NCBI GenBank assembly: GCA_963664705.1
Contig: OY761556.1
Location: 3,072,001-3,136,000 of the forward strand
Length of the DNA: 64,000 nucleotides
Direction of reading: 5' to 3'
Source: Acidobacteriota bacterium
Lineage (GTDB): Bacteria > Acidobacteriota > UBA6911
Within the stretch, counting starts at the first letter, position 1. Every line of letters starts with the position of its first letter. Under the pieces are notes generated by a model that made no database searches, was not told where the DNA came from, and was given only the letters and a program-made list of their open reading frames with translations. Both the position numbers and the translations under genes were made by a program. Shown in pieces: positions 28,088 through 39,531 of this stretch.

Positions 28088-29458
28088 TTAGTTGGGCCGG
28101 CGAGATGCGGGCGCTCCCGGCAAGCGGGTTTGGGCTAATTCGCCATCCGTCATCTGCAACTCACTATTCAGCTTGTCACGCAGCGCGGCAAAGCTCGCAA
28201 ACTGATCCTTCGATACCGGGTTTCCCGGTGGAAAGATCACCTTCAGGGGATTAATGGGCTTCCCGTTTCGCATGACGCGAAAATCAAGGTGTGGACCGGT
28301 TGACAACCCCGTGGATCCGACGTACCCGATTACATCACCCTGGCTCACATGAGTTCCGGGTTTGGCTGCAATGCGAGACAAATGCAGGTACGCGGTTTCG
28401 AATCCGCCGGAATGACGCAGCCTTACCATTTTGCCGCTGCCGCCGCTGAACCCGGCGCTTATCACGGTCCCGGCCCCAACCGCCTGTACCGGCGCCCCCA
28501 TGGGTGCCGCATAATCCACGCCAAGATGCGCGCGCACTACACGCAGGATCGGGTGCATCCTCGCTACCGAAAATTTGGACGATATACGGGCAAATTTGAG
28601 CGGGGACTTCAGAAATGATCTTTTGAGGGATTTGCCGTCGGGCGCATAGTAGGCCGGTTTGCCGTTTTCATCCGTAAAGCGGAATCCGGAAAATTCCTTT
28701 TTCCCGTTCTGAAAAACCGCGGCCTGAATTGCGCCATACTTGGCACACTTACCATTCAAGTATTTCTTTTCTATGAGAATTCTGAACGAATCCCCATTCT
28801 TGATATCTGAATAGAAGTCGATATCCGATCCGAAAATATCGGCGAGATCCAAAGCCAACTGATCCATCTCGCCAAGATTCTTTATAGCCGCAAACAGAGA
28901 TGACTCTATCACGCCCTGGACGGCCTCGACGCGCGTTTCGTAGGGGAAGTCCTTCATGACAGGAACCAGCCGGTCCTGAACCGGATCCTGGAAAACCGTG
29001 AGATAGCGCTGATCGTCCACAGGGTAGCGGAAATCGCGGAAATCGCCGTCGTTTGTAAGATGGATCCAGTAAGGCTGCCCGGCCCTTACCCTGGCCAAGT
29101 TGTATTCCATGCGCGCCGAATCAATGATCCGGTTGGTTAATTCGCTGGAAAGACCATGACGGGTCAACACATCGGTAATAGTCTGATGCGGTTGAAACAG
29201 CCCCACAATTTCGCGCAATTCCGGAATTCGCGGCGAGGCAGCCACGATTGGAATCTGCCCGGACATATGCAGCTGGGTACCGGCCGGGTTATGTCTTGCG
29301 GCCAGGTAAACCGCCCCTGCAAGCAGAAGGATTAATATTGCCGAATAGCTGGTTGCGACGGCAAAAGGACCCTGGAGAAATCTGGAAGGCAAAAGCGTGG
29401 CTTTGGATCCAGTCCCCGGCTTCTCCAGATCAGGAGGGGATGACGCACGATTCGCCAA
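28088..29458 (-). CDS. M23 family peptidoglycan endopeptidase
   Basis: HLGVD and HLD zinc motifs, FLKSPLKF. Confidence 0.92.
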   Translation of the reverse strand: MANRASSPPDLEKPGTGSKATLLPSRFLQGPFAVATSYSAILILLLAGAVYLAARHNPAGTQLHMSGQIPIVAASPRIPELREIVGLFQPHQTITDVLTRHGLSSELTNRIIDSARMEYNLARVRAGQPYWIHLTNDGDFRDFRYPVDDQRYLTVFQDPVQDRLVPVMKDFPYETRVEAVQGVIESSLFAAIKNLGEMDQLALDLADIFGSDIDFYSDIKNGDSFRILIEKKYLNGKCAKYGAIQAAVFQNGKKEFSGFRFTDENGKPAYYAPDGKSLKRSFLKSPLKFARISSKFSVARMHPILRVVRAHLGVDYAAPMGAPVQAVGAGTVISAGFSGGSGKMVRLRHSGGFETAYLHLSRIAAKPGTHVSQGDVIGYVGSTGLSTGPHLDFRVMRNGKPINPLKVIFPPGNPVSKDQFASFAALRDKLNSELQMTDGELAQTRLPGAPASRRPN

Positions 29459-29475
29459 ACAATCACCCCTAATAG

Positions 29476-29958
29476 TTATTTTCGCAGTTTATTCGAAAGC
29501 CGTTTTTCAACATCTGCGGGGACAAGCCCCTGAATCGCTCCACCGAGCTGCGCGATTTCCTTCACCAGTTTCGAACTCAGGAAGGAATAAGACTCGGCGG
29601 GCAACATGAAGACGGTTTCGACCTTGCTTGAGAGTCTGCGATTCATCAGGGCCATCTGCAGTTCATACTCGTAGTCCGATACAGCCCGGATGCCGCGAAT
29701 GATAACGGAAGCTCCGATCTGATCCACAAAGTCGACAAGAAGTCCGTCAAAAGAGGTGACGGAGACATTCTTGAGATCGCGAACAGCTTCCTCCAACATG
29801 TCTACCCGTTCTTCAACAGAGAACAGCGGAACTTTTCCCGCGTTGCGAAGTATTGCCACCACCACTCGATCAAAAAGAGCGGCGCTCCTCTGGATCAAAT
29901 CCATATGCCCATTGGTTACGGGGTCGAAAGATCCGGGATAAACAGCTCGAGTTTCCAT
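29476..29958 (-). CDS. coaD: Pantetheine-phosphate adenylyltransferase
   Basis: YPGSFDPVTNGH, RGIR..DYEYE, SSKLVKE; start moved to METRAVY. Confidence 0.96.
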   Translation of the reverse strand: METRAVYPGSFDPVTNGHMDLIQRSAALFDRVVVAILRNAGKVPLFSVEERVDMLEEAVRDLKNVSVTSFDGLLVDFVDQIGASVIIRGIRAVSDYEYELQMALMNRRLSSKVETVFMLPAESYSFLSSKLVKEIAQLGGAIQGLVPADVEKRLSNKLRK

Positions 29959-30019
29959 AGTAGAGCTTTCCTCAAAGTACAGCGGGATTATAGGAGCAAG
30001 GCCTAATGAAAAGCAAGCA

Positions 30020-30367
30020 TCACTCCAGCCGGCCAACAATATCCCGCAGCATCCTGGAAAGCTCTATGGCCTCCCCCTGTGTCGGAATCCGCCGGAGGCT
30101 CTCGAGTACCAACGTCCACTCCTGATGCCCCTGCATGCTATCGATATTCAGACCGCGCAGTTTTTTCCTAAACCGTCGAGCTCTGTCCGCGGTTTCAAGA
30201 TAATACTCCAGGCGCCCCGGCGGTGTGGATTTGGCCTCGGAAGCGATAGCTATCGCCAGTCGCGTGCGCGCCAATTCGAGGGCTACCAGCAGCTCTCTGT
30301 GTAGTTTTGTGAAAGTCCGACCCGACATCACTTTGCACCACAATTTGTGAAATACAGAGCATTGCAA
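30020..30367 (-). CDS. Hypothetical protein
   Basis: Helical ORF divergent from the ECF sigma gene; start uncertain. Confidence 0.45.
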   Translation of the reverse strand: MQCSVFHKLWCKVMSGRTFTKLHRELLVALELARTRLAIAIASEAKSTPPGRLEYYLETADRARRFRKKLRGLNIDSMQGHQEWTLVLESLRRIPTQGEAIELSRMLRDIVGRLE

Positions 30368-30434
30368 CGAAACAATAGCAGTGTTCGAAATGCATCCTTA
30401 CTAATGACCTCATAGCCCTTTTGAGCCAAAAAAA

Positions 30435-31100
30435 ATGCAGATGGAAACAACACCGGACGACGAGAGTTTTCGGACTCTGCTGGGAACCGTTGTCAGCCGA
30501 AACGGCAGCAAATGGCTCCGGTTCATCCTGACCATTCTGAGAAATCAGGCGGACGCTGAAGACGTTCTCCAGGAAGCCATCCGTCGAGTCTTGGCGCGAA
30601 ATGTGCCATTACAGTCGGAGGATCAGATAAGAATGTACGTGGGTCGAACCATAGCAAATGCAGCGCTGGAATTTTTCAACACCAGGAAGAGAGACCGGGT
30701 TCGCCATCAGTCACTGTGCGAACAGGCCGCCTTGCTGCGCAGATCTTCCTCGCCAGGCTCCCGCATCGAGCAACGGGAACAGGCCAAAGAAAGAGAGCGT
30801 TTGCTCGGGTGTCTTGAAGAAGGATTGAAACATCTGCCCGCCAAACAGTACGAGGCGTTGCGCCTCACGATATTGGAAGCAGGGGATCTTTCAATTCGCG
30901 ATGTCGGGAGCCGGAATGACATCCCATATTCCACGCTCCGGCATCGGAGTAAACAGGGGTTAAGGCAGCTACGGAAATTCATCATTGCGCGGGGGAAGCG
31001 GAATAGGAGTCAGGAGGCAGGAGTCAGGAGTCAGGAGACAGGATGCAGGAGACAGGAGGAGGAATGGAAAGCGCAGCGGCAAGGTCCTTTCAGGATTTGA
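30435..31100 (+). CDS. ECF-type RNA polymerase sigma factor
   Basis: DAEDVLQE region 2 and LP..Q region 4; C-terminus runs into a heptamer repeat. Confidence 0.8.
   Translation: MQMETTPDDESFRTLLGTVVSRNGSKWLRFILTILRNQADAEDVLQEAIRRVLARNVPLQSEDQIRMYVGRTIANAALEFFNTRKRDRVRHQSLCEQAALLRRSSSPGSRIEQREQAKERERLLGCLEEGLKHLPAKQYEALRLTILEAGDLSIRDVGSRNDIPYSTLRHRSKQGLRQLRKFIIARGKRNRSQEAGVRSQETGCRRQEEEWKAQRQGPFRI
31005..31060 (+). repeat. Heptamer tandem array (AGGAG[T/A/G]C), left arm
   Basis: 8 units of 7 nt. Confidence 0.9.
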
Positions 31101-31468
31101 TTGTCTGGAAAAAGGCGCATCTGTTTGTGTTGGAAGTTTATCGGTTTACTGCCAGCCTGCCTAAACAGGAGGCATATGCTCTGTCGTCTCAAATGCGGCG
31201 CGCAGCCGTTTCCATACCTGCAAATATTGCCGAAGGATTCAAGCGACATGGACAATACGATAAATCCAGGTTTATGAATTTTGCCCAGGCTTCGTTGGAG
31301 GAATGCCGCTATTACCTGATACTTGCAGCAGATCTCAACTATGGAAAAACCGATTCTCTCATGAGTATGGCGGAGGAAGTCAGCCGCATACTGCACGCCT
31401 ATTCCCGTTCTATCTTAAATCGGAAGCAGGAGCCAAAACTCAGGAGTCGGCCTCCGGATCACTCCTGA
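31064..31468 (+). CDS. Four-helix-bundle protein (23S IVP/Avd-like family)
   Basis: SFQDLIVWKKAH..Y..T..LP..E.Y.L.SQMRRAAVSIPANIAEG..AQASLEE; GGAGG RBS supplied by the repeat. Confidence 0.92.
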   Translation: MESAAARSFQDLIVWKKAHLFVLEVYRFTASLPKQEAYALSSQMRRAAVSIPANIAEGFKRHGQYDKSRFMNFAQASLEECRYYLILAADLNYGKTDSLMSMAEEVSRILHAYSRSILNRKQEPKLRSRPPDHS

Positions 31469-32089
<621 letters not shown>

Positions 32090-32100
32090 ATTCTCAAGTC

Positions 32101-32215
32101 GCGGGTTACGGGTTGAAGGTTTCAGATTGCAGGCAGCAGAATGCAGCAAGCCGCCGACACCGATCAACAAACCAATTCGTCATTCGTAATTCGTCATTCG
32201 TAATTCGTCATTCGT
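32101..32215. repeat. Heptamer arrays between recG and rsmD
   Basis: (A/C)ATTCGT x6 at 32174-32215; degenerate xxGGTT/xxAGAT units at 32101-32145. Confidence 0.8.
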
Positions 32216-34369
32216 CTATCCTGTCATTGCCAAACCAAAATGGTCCTTCCACATTTGCCGGATAAGCTGGGCCACGCGGACTGTTTCTTCATCCGGATTT
32301 CCGCGCAGCGCTTCAATGAAACGGCCCGCCTCATCACGAGCGATCTCCAGGGCGCGTCGATCCCGGATAAGATTAGCGTATTTGAAGGCCGGAATCCCGG
32401 ATTGTCGTGTGCCGATGATTTCGCCCGGCCCGCGCAATTCCAGATCGACCTCTGCGATGCGAAACCCGTCGTTGGTCTCGCACATGATTTCGAGACGTCG
32501 GCGCGCTTCAGGGCTGGTTCGCACATTGCCGACAAGGATACAGGTGGACTGGGCCGGTCCGCGCCCCACCCTGCCGCGAAGCTGATGGAGTTGGGAAAGG
32601 CCAAAGCGCTCGGCATGTTCAATAACCATGAGGGTGGCATTCGCCACATCGACTCCGACCTCAATCACAGTCGTGGAAACCAGAACCTGGAGCTTTCCGG
32701 CGGCAAACGCGGCCATGGTCTCTTCTTTCTCTATACTCTTCATGCGACCGTGCAGCAGGCCGATACGCAGATTGGGAAATACCTTTCCGGCCAGGTACTC
32801 CGCCATTTCCGTGGCTGCCCGCAGATCTGATTTCTCCGATTCCTCCACGAGAGGATACACCACATAAACCTGGTGGCCGTCAGAAACAGCTTTTCGTATC
32901 GCTTCAAAGGCTTTGGCTCGGTCACTATCCTCATACCACAGCGTTTCAATCGGTTTGCGTCCAGGGGGCATCTGATTGATGGTCGATACATCGAGGTCGC
33001 CATACATCGTCAAAGCCAGGGATCGTGGAATCGGGGTCGCCGTCATGACCAGGACGTCCGGGTGTTGACCTTTTTCCCTCAGGATATTCCGCTGAACCAC
33101 GCCAAAGCGATGCTGTTCATCGATAACCACCAACGCCAGATTCTTGAACTGTACATCTTCCTGGACGAGAGCATGGGTGCCGATGGCAATCTGCGTCACC
33201 CCTTTCCCTATCCGCTCCTGCACCTGCCGCTTATCCTTTGCGGAAAGGCTGCCTTTCAGAAGGTCAATGCGGTACCCAACGGGTTCCAGGAGGCGTCTGA
33301 AATAAAAGTAGTGCTGTTCCGCCAGGATTTCGGTTGGAGCCATTATCGCGACCTGGTACCCGTTTTCCACGGCAATGACGGCTGCCTGCGCCGCAACAAT
33401 AGTCTTTCCGGATCCGACGTCCCCCTGAAGCAACCGGCTCATCGGATGAGGAGAACAGATATCCTCCGCAATATCCCTGAGGGCTTTTTTTTGCGCCTCG
33501 GTCGGATGGAAAGGAAGAACCTTCTTGATGGCAACGCGAATGCTCTCGTCCAATCGAAACTGCCTATCCTTCACATGGCGCACACGGTTTTGCCGAACCA
33601 TTGCGATGCCGACCTGCAGCTGGAAAAGCTCTTCAAAAATGAGTCGCTTGTGCGCCGGGGAAATGCCCTGGTTATAAAGATCCAGTTCCTTGCGCCGCTC
33701 GAGCGCAGTCGTCCCGCGGAATCCGGGAAAATGTAGCTGCTGTATCGCCCTGAGTCTGGAGAACAGGCGCAGCTTCCGGCTGAGCTGCGCTGGAATTGCG
33801 TCCGGGATGTCCGAAGGCAAATGCGCCAGGACCGAATAGATAATCTGACGCAGCGTGCGTGTCCGCAGGTCCACGATCCGTCGATAAATGGGCACCACCC
33901 GTCCGGAATGAATCGAAACGGCGGCGTTCTCATCTTCGAGGATTTCGCACTCAGGATTCATGAATACAAGAGCGCCATGAGCATAGGAGTCCTTTTTGAC
34001 CTGACCGTAGATGACAAGCCGTAGGCCGACTTTATAGACCATCCGGAGATATGGCTGATTAAAGAACTTGACTCGCACGCTTCCGCGCCCGTCGCGGACC
34101 AGCATTTCGTATACCGAGAAGCCACGGCGGCGCGAATCGAAACCACCAACGCTACATATTTCCCCGCAAATCAGTCCCCACTCTCCTTCCCGAAGCGACT
34201 CGATGGACTGAAACCGGCTGCGGTCTTCGTACCGGAACGGCGCATATCCCAGGAGATCTCCAATCGTGCGAATGCCGTGGGCAGCCAACATTTCCGACCG
34301 ACGCGGTCCGATGCCTTTCAGGAATTGCACGGCCGTATCCATTCGCAGAACAGGGGCTGTTGTGGTCAT
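32216..34369 (-). CDS. recG: ATP-dependent DNA helicase RecG
   Basis: QGDVGSGKT, DEQH, TATPIPR, QLRGRVGRG. Confidence 0.97.
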   Translation of the reverse strand: MTTTAPVLRMDTAVQFLKGIGPRRSEMLAAHGIRTIGDLLGYAPFRYEDRSRFQSIESLREGEWGLICGEICSVGGFDSRRRGFSVYEMLVRDGRGSVRVKFFNQPYLRMVYKVGLRLVIYGQVKKDSYAHGALVFMNPECEILEDENAAVSIHSGRVVPIYRRIVDLRTRTLRQIIYSVLAHLPSDIPDAIPAQLSRKLRLFSRLRAIQQLHFPGFRGTTALERRKELDLYNQGISPAHKRLIFEELFQLQVGIAMVRQNRVRHVKDRQFRLDESIRVAIKKVLPFHPTEAQKKALRDIAEDICSPHPMSRLLQGDVGSGKTIVAAQAAVIAVENGYQVAIMAPTEILAEQHYFYFRRLLEPVGYRIDLLKGSLSAKDKRQVQERIGKGVTQIAIGTHALVQEDVQFKNLALVVIDEQHRFGVVQRNILREKGQHPDVLVMTATPIPRSLALTMYGDLDVSTINQMPPGRKPIETLWYEDSDRAKAFEAIRKAVSDGHQVYVVYPLVEESEKSDLRAATEMAEYLAGKVFPNLRIGLLHGRMKSIEKEETMAAFAAGKLQVLVSTTVIEVGVDVANATLMVIEHAERFGLSQLHQLRGRVGRGPAQSTCILVGNVRTSPEARRRLEIMCETNDGFRIAEVDLELRGPGEIIGTRQSGIPAFKYANLIRDRRALEIARDEAGRFIEALRGNPDEETVRVAQLIRQMWKDHFGLAMTG

Positions 34370-34382
34370 GATTTGATGGCTA

Positions 34383-34637
34383 CCGGTTGCAAGTTGCAGG
34401 TTACAGGTTACAGGGTGAGGAGTTCAAGCTGCAAGTTGCCGCAAAAAAAAGGGGGGTAGCGATCGGCGCCACCCCCCAAGGGAATGTATGGTGCGAAAGG
34501 GATTTTGTCTTTCCTTTTACTTACAAATACTCGGATTGCATGAAATCGTTTCAAAAAATTTTGATCTTAGCCCCGGGACCGGTACTCATGCAACGGAGTG
34601 TCCCCTTGCATCCCGTATCTCGCATCCTGTATCTTGC
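34383..34637. repeat. Heptamer arrays CA(A/G)GTT(G/A) and (T/C)G(T/C)ATC(C/T) flanking a terminator
   Basis: Periodic units at 34383-34438 and 34607-34637. Confidence 0.65.
34443..34477 (-). terminator. Rho-independent terminator
   Basis: GGGGGGUGGCG-CCGAU-CGCUACCCCCC followed by U8. Confidence 0.85.
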
Positions 34638-34641
34638 TTAA

Positions 34642-35250
34642 ATGCTATCAGCATTGCGGCACCGGACATTCATGGGTCTGGCATTTCTGATTACCTCTCT
34701 TCTCCTTTGTGCCGGCTGCGGTGGGCGTTCCATGAACAAAAGCCTGGCAAGGGACCTGATCACCCAGATACCGGGAGAGGTCCTGGAGAAAAGGGATGTT
34801 GAGGTCGCCAATATTTCCCAGGTTAGCGGATCGGAGGCGATTGCCGAAACTTCGTTTAAGACCGCCTTTCGGCTCGAGAGAGTTCATGGCAGCTGGGTGG
34901 TGCAGGAAATAAAGATCGGGCATGGTCAATGGGAAAAGGTATCCAACCTTGTCAAAGCCCTTGAAAAGGTCAAAGCAGAGGAAACGGCCGCGATGCTGGA
35001 CCGGACGGTGGAAGGCATCCGGAAATACCGGGCCGACAAGGGTTCCATACCGGTTTTCAAAGACTACATCGGGCTTTCAGATCTGCTGACTCCCAAGTAT
35101 CTCACGCCATTGATGCGTCTGGATTCCTGGCGGCGCCCCTTTTTCGCCGGACTCAGTCCAGCCAACACCATTACTATCCGCTCTGCCGGCCCTGACGGCC
35201 GCTATTTTACGAACGACGATATTGTGAGGACAGTAGGCAGCGGCCAGTAG
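34642..35250 (+). CDS. Putative lipoprotein with a GspG C-terminal-like motif
   Basis: LCAGC lipobox; DSWRRPF..SAGPDG..TNDDI. Confidence 0.75.
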   Translation: MLSALRHRTFMGLAFLITSLLLCAGCGGRSMNKSLARDLITQIPGEVLEKRDVEVANISQVSGSEAIAETSFKTAFRLERVHGSWVVQEIKIGHGQWEKVSNLVKALEKVKAEETAAMLDRTVEGIRKYRADKGSIPVFKDYIGLSDLLTPKYLTPLMRLDSWRRPFFAGLSPANTITIRSAGPDGRYFTNDDIVRTVGSGQ

Positions 35251-35377
35251 CTGGCGGTCGGGAACCAGGTTTGATGGATTGGTTCGATCCCCAAAATGCC
35301 AACAGATGTTTGCACCGGTAGCCACGCGTCACGACATGCATTGATTTAATGAATTGTCCTGCGCTGCCGGCTACTGA

Positions 35378-35968
35378 TTACAGTCCCAATATGTGTCCCA
35401 GCTTTTCTTTTTTGATTTTGAGATACTCGCGAGTATGGATGTGCGGGGGGATCTCAAGCGGGACGCGCTTTTCCACGATGATTCCCTCCTTTTCCAACCC
35501 CTGCACCTTATCCGGATTGTTGGAAAGCAGGTGGATGCGCGTGGCACCGAGGGTTTTCAATATTTCCGCCGGCATGAGGTAGTCTCGCTGGTCTGCATCG
35601 AATCCCAGCTTGATATTAGCGGCCACCGTATCGAGGCCGCTGTCCTGCAGTTCATACGCGGCAATTTTATTCGTAAGGCCGATGCCGCGTCCTTCTTTCT
35701 GCTGGTAGACGAGCACTCCGGATTCGGCTTTGGCAATAAGCGTCATTGCGGCCTCAAGCTGATCTCCACAGTCGCAACGGAGTGAGAACAGGACATCGCC
35801 GGTCAGGCATTGGGAGTGGATTCGAACAAGAGCGGCTTTGGCAGGATCTGGTTTACCTACAACCAGAGCCACGGCTTCTTCACCTGAGTTCAGGTCACGG
35901 AAGCCGTGGATCGTAAAGTCTCCCAATCGAGTTGGGAGTTTAGCTTGCGGAATCTTATCAAAATTCAT
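35378..35968 (-). CDS. ribA: GTP cyclohydrolase II
   Basis: RIHSQCLTGD..RCDC, EGRGIGL, NNPDK. Confidence 0.95.
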   Translation of the reverse strand: MNFDKIPQAKLPTRLGDFTIHGFRDLNSGEEAVALVVGKPDPAKAALVRIHSQCLTGDVLFSLRCDCGDQLEAAMTLIAKAESGVLVYQQKEGRGIGLTNKIAAYELQDSGLDTVAANIKLGFDADQRDYLMPAEILKTLGATRIHLLSNNPDKVQGLEKEGIIVEKRVPLEIPPHIHTREYLKIKKEKLGHILGL

Positions 35969-35995
35969 TACGCGGTACTGCGTACAGGGCGCAGG

Positions 35996-36469
35996 CTATT
36001 TTTTATCGCTTGCGGCGGCCTGTTTTTCGCTTTTCTTGCTTTTCTTGCTTTCTTCCTTCTTGCCCTCTTCCTTTTTCCCCTTCTTGCCTTCATCCTTTTT
36101 TTCGGCCTTGAATTCGCTTCCAACTAATTCGAGGTAGGCCATCTGGGCGCCATCACCATCTCGGAATCCGAGTCGGATGATGCGAGTATATCCGCCGGGT
36201 CTCTGGGCGAAACGGGGGGCAAGAGTTTCAAACAATTTGGCAACAACCTGAGGATCTTTTACATACGCCAGGACCTGCCGTCTTGCGTGCAGATTTTCGC
36301 GTTTCCCAAGCGTGATCATTTTTTCAGCAATGGGACGAACCGCTTTGGCACGGTCCAGGGTTGTTCGAACACGCTCTTTGTCAAAGAGTGACGTGACCAT
36401 GTTGCGAAACATGCTTATGCGATGGGGAGTTTTCCGCCCCAGCTTTTTTCCAGCAACTCGATGTCTCAT
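35996..36469 (-). CDS. rplQ: 50S ribosomal protein L17
   Basis: [16 protein letters not shown]. Confidence 0.97.
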   Translation of the reverse strand: MRHRVAGKKLGRKTPHRISMFRNMVTSLFDKERVRTTLDRAKAVRPIAEKMITLGKRENLHARRQVLAYVKDPQVVAKLFETLAPRFAQRPGGYTRIIRLGFRDGDGAQMAYLELVGSEFKAEKKDEGKKGKKEEGKKEESKKSKKSEKQAAASDKK

Positions 36470-36505
36470 GAATCCAGTCTCCGATCCGCTTCAGCGGTCC
36501 TATCG

Positions 36506-37495
36506 CTATTCCGGTTTTGGAGCAGGAACCGGCCTGCCCTCCGGATCGAGCTTCATTCCAAAGGACAAGCCCATTTCGGAAAGTATCTCTTTGATTTCAT
36601 TAAGGGACTTCCGCCCGAAGTTCTTGGTCTTCAACATTTCTGCCTCGGTCTTCTGGACCAGTTCACCGATGGTCTTGATATCGGCGTTCTTCAGGCAGTT
36701 GTAGGACCTGACTGAAAGCTCCAACTCCTCAACGGAGCGCTTCAGGTTCTCGTACATCCGTTCGGCTTCCCGATCGACTTCCTCTTCCTCTTCTTCGGGT
36801 TGTTCTTCGAAGTTGATGAAGATGAACATGTGGTCTTTGACGATTTTGGCAGCCTGGGCAATGGCATCCTGGGGAGGAATGCACCCGTTGGTCCAGACAT
36901 CCAGAACCAGCTTGTCGTAGTCCGTGGTCTGACCGAGACGCGCGGCTTCCACCGAATAATTAACTCTCTTAATCGGGGAGTGAACGCTGTCGACAGGAAT
37001 ATATCCAAGCTCCAGGTCTTCCTCGAAATTTTCATCCGCCTGGATATAGCCACGTCCCTTTTTCACGCGCATGGCTATCTTCAGTTTTCCGCCTTCCCCA
37101 ATTGTCGCGATGTAGACATTGGGGTCCAGGATCTCGATGTCGGGATCCGGCGTTATATTGGCAGAGGTGATGACGCCAGCCTGGTCCGATTCCAGATAGA
37201 TGGTCTTCGTGTGGTCCACGTTGAGCTTCAGAGGGACCTGCTTCATGTTCATGATGATGTTGGTGGCATCTTCAGTCACGTTGGGGATTGGCGTGAACTC
37301 ATGAAGAACGCCTTCGATCTTCACAGCGGTAATCGCTGCACCTTCGATCGATGACAGCAGGACTCGTCGCAACGCATTCCCGATCGTCGTACCGAAACCT
37401 CTTTCGAAAGGTTGGGCATAAAAATGGCCGTACGTCGGACTCAGGGTTTCAAGATCGCAGATCAGTCTCTTTGGCTTTTGAAAAGCTCTAGTCAT
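36506..37495 (-). CDS. rpoA: RNA polymerase alpha subunit
   Basis: [31 protein letters not shown]. Confidence 0.98.
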   Translation of the reverse strand: MTRAFQKPKRLICDLETLSPTYGHFYAQPFERGFGTTIGNALRRVLLSSIEGAAITAVKIEGVLHEFTPIPNVTEDATNIIMNMKQVPLKLNVDHTKTIYLESDQAGVITSANITPDPDIEILDPNVYIATIGEGGKLKIAMRVKKGRGYIQADENFEEDLELGYIPVDSVHSPIKRVNYSVEAARLGQTTDYDKLVLDVWTNGCIPPQDAIAQAAKIVKDHMFIFINFEEQPEEEEEEVDREAERMYENLKRSVEELELSVRSYNCLKNADIKTIGELVQKTEAEMLKTKNFGRKSLNEIKEILSEMGLSFGMKLDPEGRPVPAPKPE

Positions 37496-37512
37496 ATTTT
37501 CCCCGCTCTCCC

Positions 37513-38145
37513 TTACTTCGAATAGAGTTCTACGATGAGTTGCTCATCAATAGGCATCTGAATATCTTCGCGTTTGGGCAAAGCCTGTACGGTGCCTTTC
37601 AAACCATCTGCGTCCAGTAGAAGCCAGGCAGGAACTCCGCCTCGTCCGCCAATGGTGGCGACCGAGTCCAAGATCTGCTGGTTTTTCCTGGTTCGCTCAC
37701 GCAGAGTAATTACGTCTCCCACTTTGACCTGGGCGGAGGCGATATCTACCTTCTTGCCGTTGACAAGAATGTGTCCATGGGTCACCAGCTGTCGTGCCTG
37801 GTCCCGCGATGGCGCAAATCCCAGCCGGCAGATAACGTTGTCGAGACGGCATTCGAGTGAAAGCAGAAGGTTCTCACCCGTGATCCCCTTCTTTTTGTCC
37901 GCCTTTTCGAAATAATTGGCAAACTGATTTTCGAGGACCCGATAGATGCGTTTGACCTTCTGTTTTTCGCGCAGCTGAATCCCGTATCCGACCGTTTTGG
38001 GGCGATGGTCGCGGCCATGCTGTCCTGGAGGGAAGTTGCGCTTCTCAACTGCACAGGTATCCCTGAAGCAGCGGTCTCCCTTCAGGAAGAGCTTCATGCC
38101 TTCCCGCCGGCAAAGCCGACATTTCGCTTCGCGGTATCTAGCCAA
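37513..38145 (-). CDS. rpsD: 30S ribosomal protein S4
   Basis: [22 protein letters not shown]; TTG start. Confidence 0.97.
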   Translation of the reverse strand: MARYREAKCRLCRREGMKLFLKGDRCFRDTCAVEKRNFPPGQHGRDHRPKTVGYGIQLREKQKVKRIYRVLENQFANYFEKADKKKGITGENLLLSLECRLDNVICRLGFAPSRDQARQLVTHGHILVNGKKVDIASAQVKVGDVITLRERTRKNQQILDSVATIGGRGGVPAWLLLDADGLKGTVQALPKREDIQMPIDEQLIVELYSK

Positions 38146-38170
38146 TTCGTTTCTCCTTTAAAATTCCATC

Positions 38171-38306
38171 GATTCTCAATTACGAGTTTCGAATGACGTA
38201 AGTTGAATTGAGATGATTTCTTTGCTCAATTCACTATTTGCCTGAATCCCTGCTTCCATCCAGGTCTGATGGTTCATTCGCAAATCGTAATTCGTAATTC
38301 CTAATT
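38171..38306. repeat. Heptamer inverted array (rpsK-rpsD)
   Basis: AATTACG/AATGACG ... CGTAATT units. Confidence 0.7.
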
Positions 38307-38310
38307 TCGC

Positions 38311-38724
38311 TTACACTCTGCGCCGCTTGGGCGGCCGGCAACCATTGTGCGGGATAGGAGTGATGTCACGGATGGCCTTCACTTCCAGTCCTGAGCTCTG
38401 CAAGGCACGGATTGCGGATTCTCGTCCCGCTCCGGGTCCTTTGAGCTCGACATTGATCGTGCGCATTCCGTATTCCTTCACGGCGTTGGCAGCAATCGTT
38501 GCCGCCTGTTGCGCTGCAAAAGGAGTCCCTTTGCGCGATCCCTTGAAGCCTACCGCGCCGGCACTGGACGTAGCCAGCAGGTTACCGTCGAGATCTGTAA
38601 TGCTGATAATCGTGTTGTTGAAAGTTGCGAGAACATGCGCAACACCAGCCGGTATGCTGAGTTTCTCCCGCTTCTTTCCAGTTTTCCGTTTTGCGGTCTT
38701 CTTTGCTTGTGCTTTTTCTGCCAT
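38311..38724 (-). CDS. rpsK: 30S ribosomal protein S11
   Basis: [13 protein letters not shown]. Confidence 0.97.
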   Translation of the reverse strand: MAEKAQAKKTAKRKTGKKREKLSIPAGVAHVLATFNNTIISITDLDGNLLATSSAGAVGFKGSRKGTPFAAQQAATIAANAVKEYGMRTINVELKGPGAGRESAIRALQSSGLEVKAIRDITPIPHNGCRPPKRRRV

Positions 38725-38742
38725 GAATCACTCCAGCAAGGT

Positions 38743-39105
38743 CTACTTTTTGCCGACAATCCTTCGCGGCCCTTTGCGCGTCCGGGCGTTTGTATGCGTC
38801 CTCTGCCCTCGAACAGGAAGTCCGCGTCGATGACGCAGACCACGATAGGAACCGATCTCCATGAGTCTCTTGATATCCATCGAGATTGCCTTGCGCAGAT
38901 CGCCTTCGACCATCCCGTCTCTTTGGATAATATTGCGGATGCGCACCGCTTCTTCTTCGGTCAGGTCCTTCACCTTGGTATTGATACTAATTCCGGCCTC
39001 TTCTAGTATCTTGGCAGCCCGGCTTCTGCCGATACCGTAGATGTATGTGAGACCAACCTGGATTCGCTTTCCCAGTGGCAGATCCACTCCTGCGATTCTA
39101 GCCAA
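38743..39105 (-). CDS. rpsM: 30S ribosomal protein S13
   Basis: [17 protein letters not shown]; TTG start. Confidence 0.97.
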   Translation of the reverse strand: MARIAGVDLPLGKRIQVGLTYIYGIGRSRAAKILEEAGISINTKVKDLTEEEAVRIRNIIQRDGMVEGDLRKAISMDIKRLMEIGSYRGLRHRRGLPVRGQRTHTNARTRKGPRRIVGKK

Positions 39106-39119
39106 TTCTTACCTCCCTT

Positions 39120-39233
39120 TTATCCCTGGCGCTGCTTGTGTTTGGGATTGGAGCACCGAACCTGGATGACCCCTTTGCGGCGCACGACTTTGCACTTGGT
39201 GCAGATCTTTTTTACGGACGCTCGTACTTTCAT
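39120..39233 (-). CDS. rpmJ: 50S ribosomal protein L36
   Basis: Below the ORF-track cutoff: [37 protein letters not shown]. Confidence 0.97.
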   Translation of the reverse strand: MKVRASVKKICTKCKVVRRKGVIQVRCSNPKHKQRQG

Positions 39234-39240
39234 AGTATCC

Positions 39241-39459
39241 CTACTTATACCTATACACGATTCGCCCCCGTGTTAAATCATAGGGGGATAGTTCAACCAG
39301 GATCTTGTCGCCAGGCAGGATCCGGATAAAATTCTTGCGCATTTTGCCCGAAACGTGCGCAAGCACCATGTGTTTATTCTCTAGTTCCACTCGGAACATA
39401 GCATTCGGCAGCGTCTCTACCACCGTTCCCACTACTTCGATTGCATCCTCTTTGGGCAT
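39241..39459 (-). CDS. infA: Translation initiation factor IF-1
   Basis: [24 protein letters not shown]. Confidence 0.97.
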   Translation of the reverse strand: MPKEDAIEVVGTVVETLPNAMFRVELENKHMVLAHVSGKMRKNFIRILPGDKILVELSPYDLTRGRIVYRYK

Positions 39460-39465
39460 ATGCAT

Positions 39466-39531
39466 ATTCACGATTGACGATTTACGATTGATGATCCACT
39501 TCCGTCAATCATCAATCGTAAATTGTCAATC
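39466..39531. repeat. Heptamer inverted array (adk-infA)
   Basis: GATTGACGATTTACGATTGATGAT / ATCATCAATCGTAAATTGTCAATC. Confidence 0.85.

Noticed and set aside
31064-31468. Diversity-generating retroelement (Avd-like gene)
   Set aside because: No reverse transcriptase or template/variable repeat pair is visible in the window
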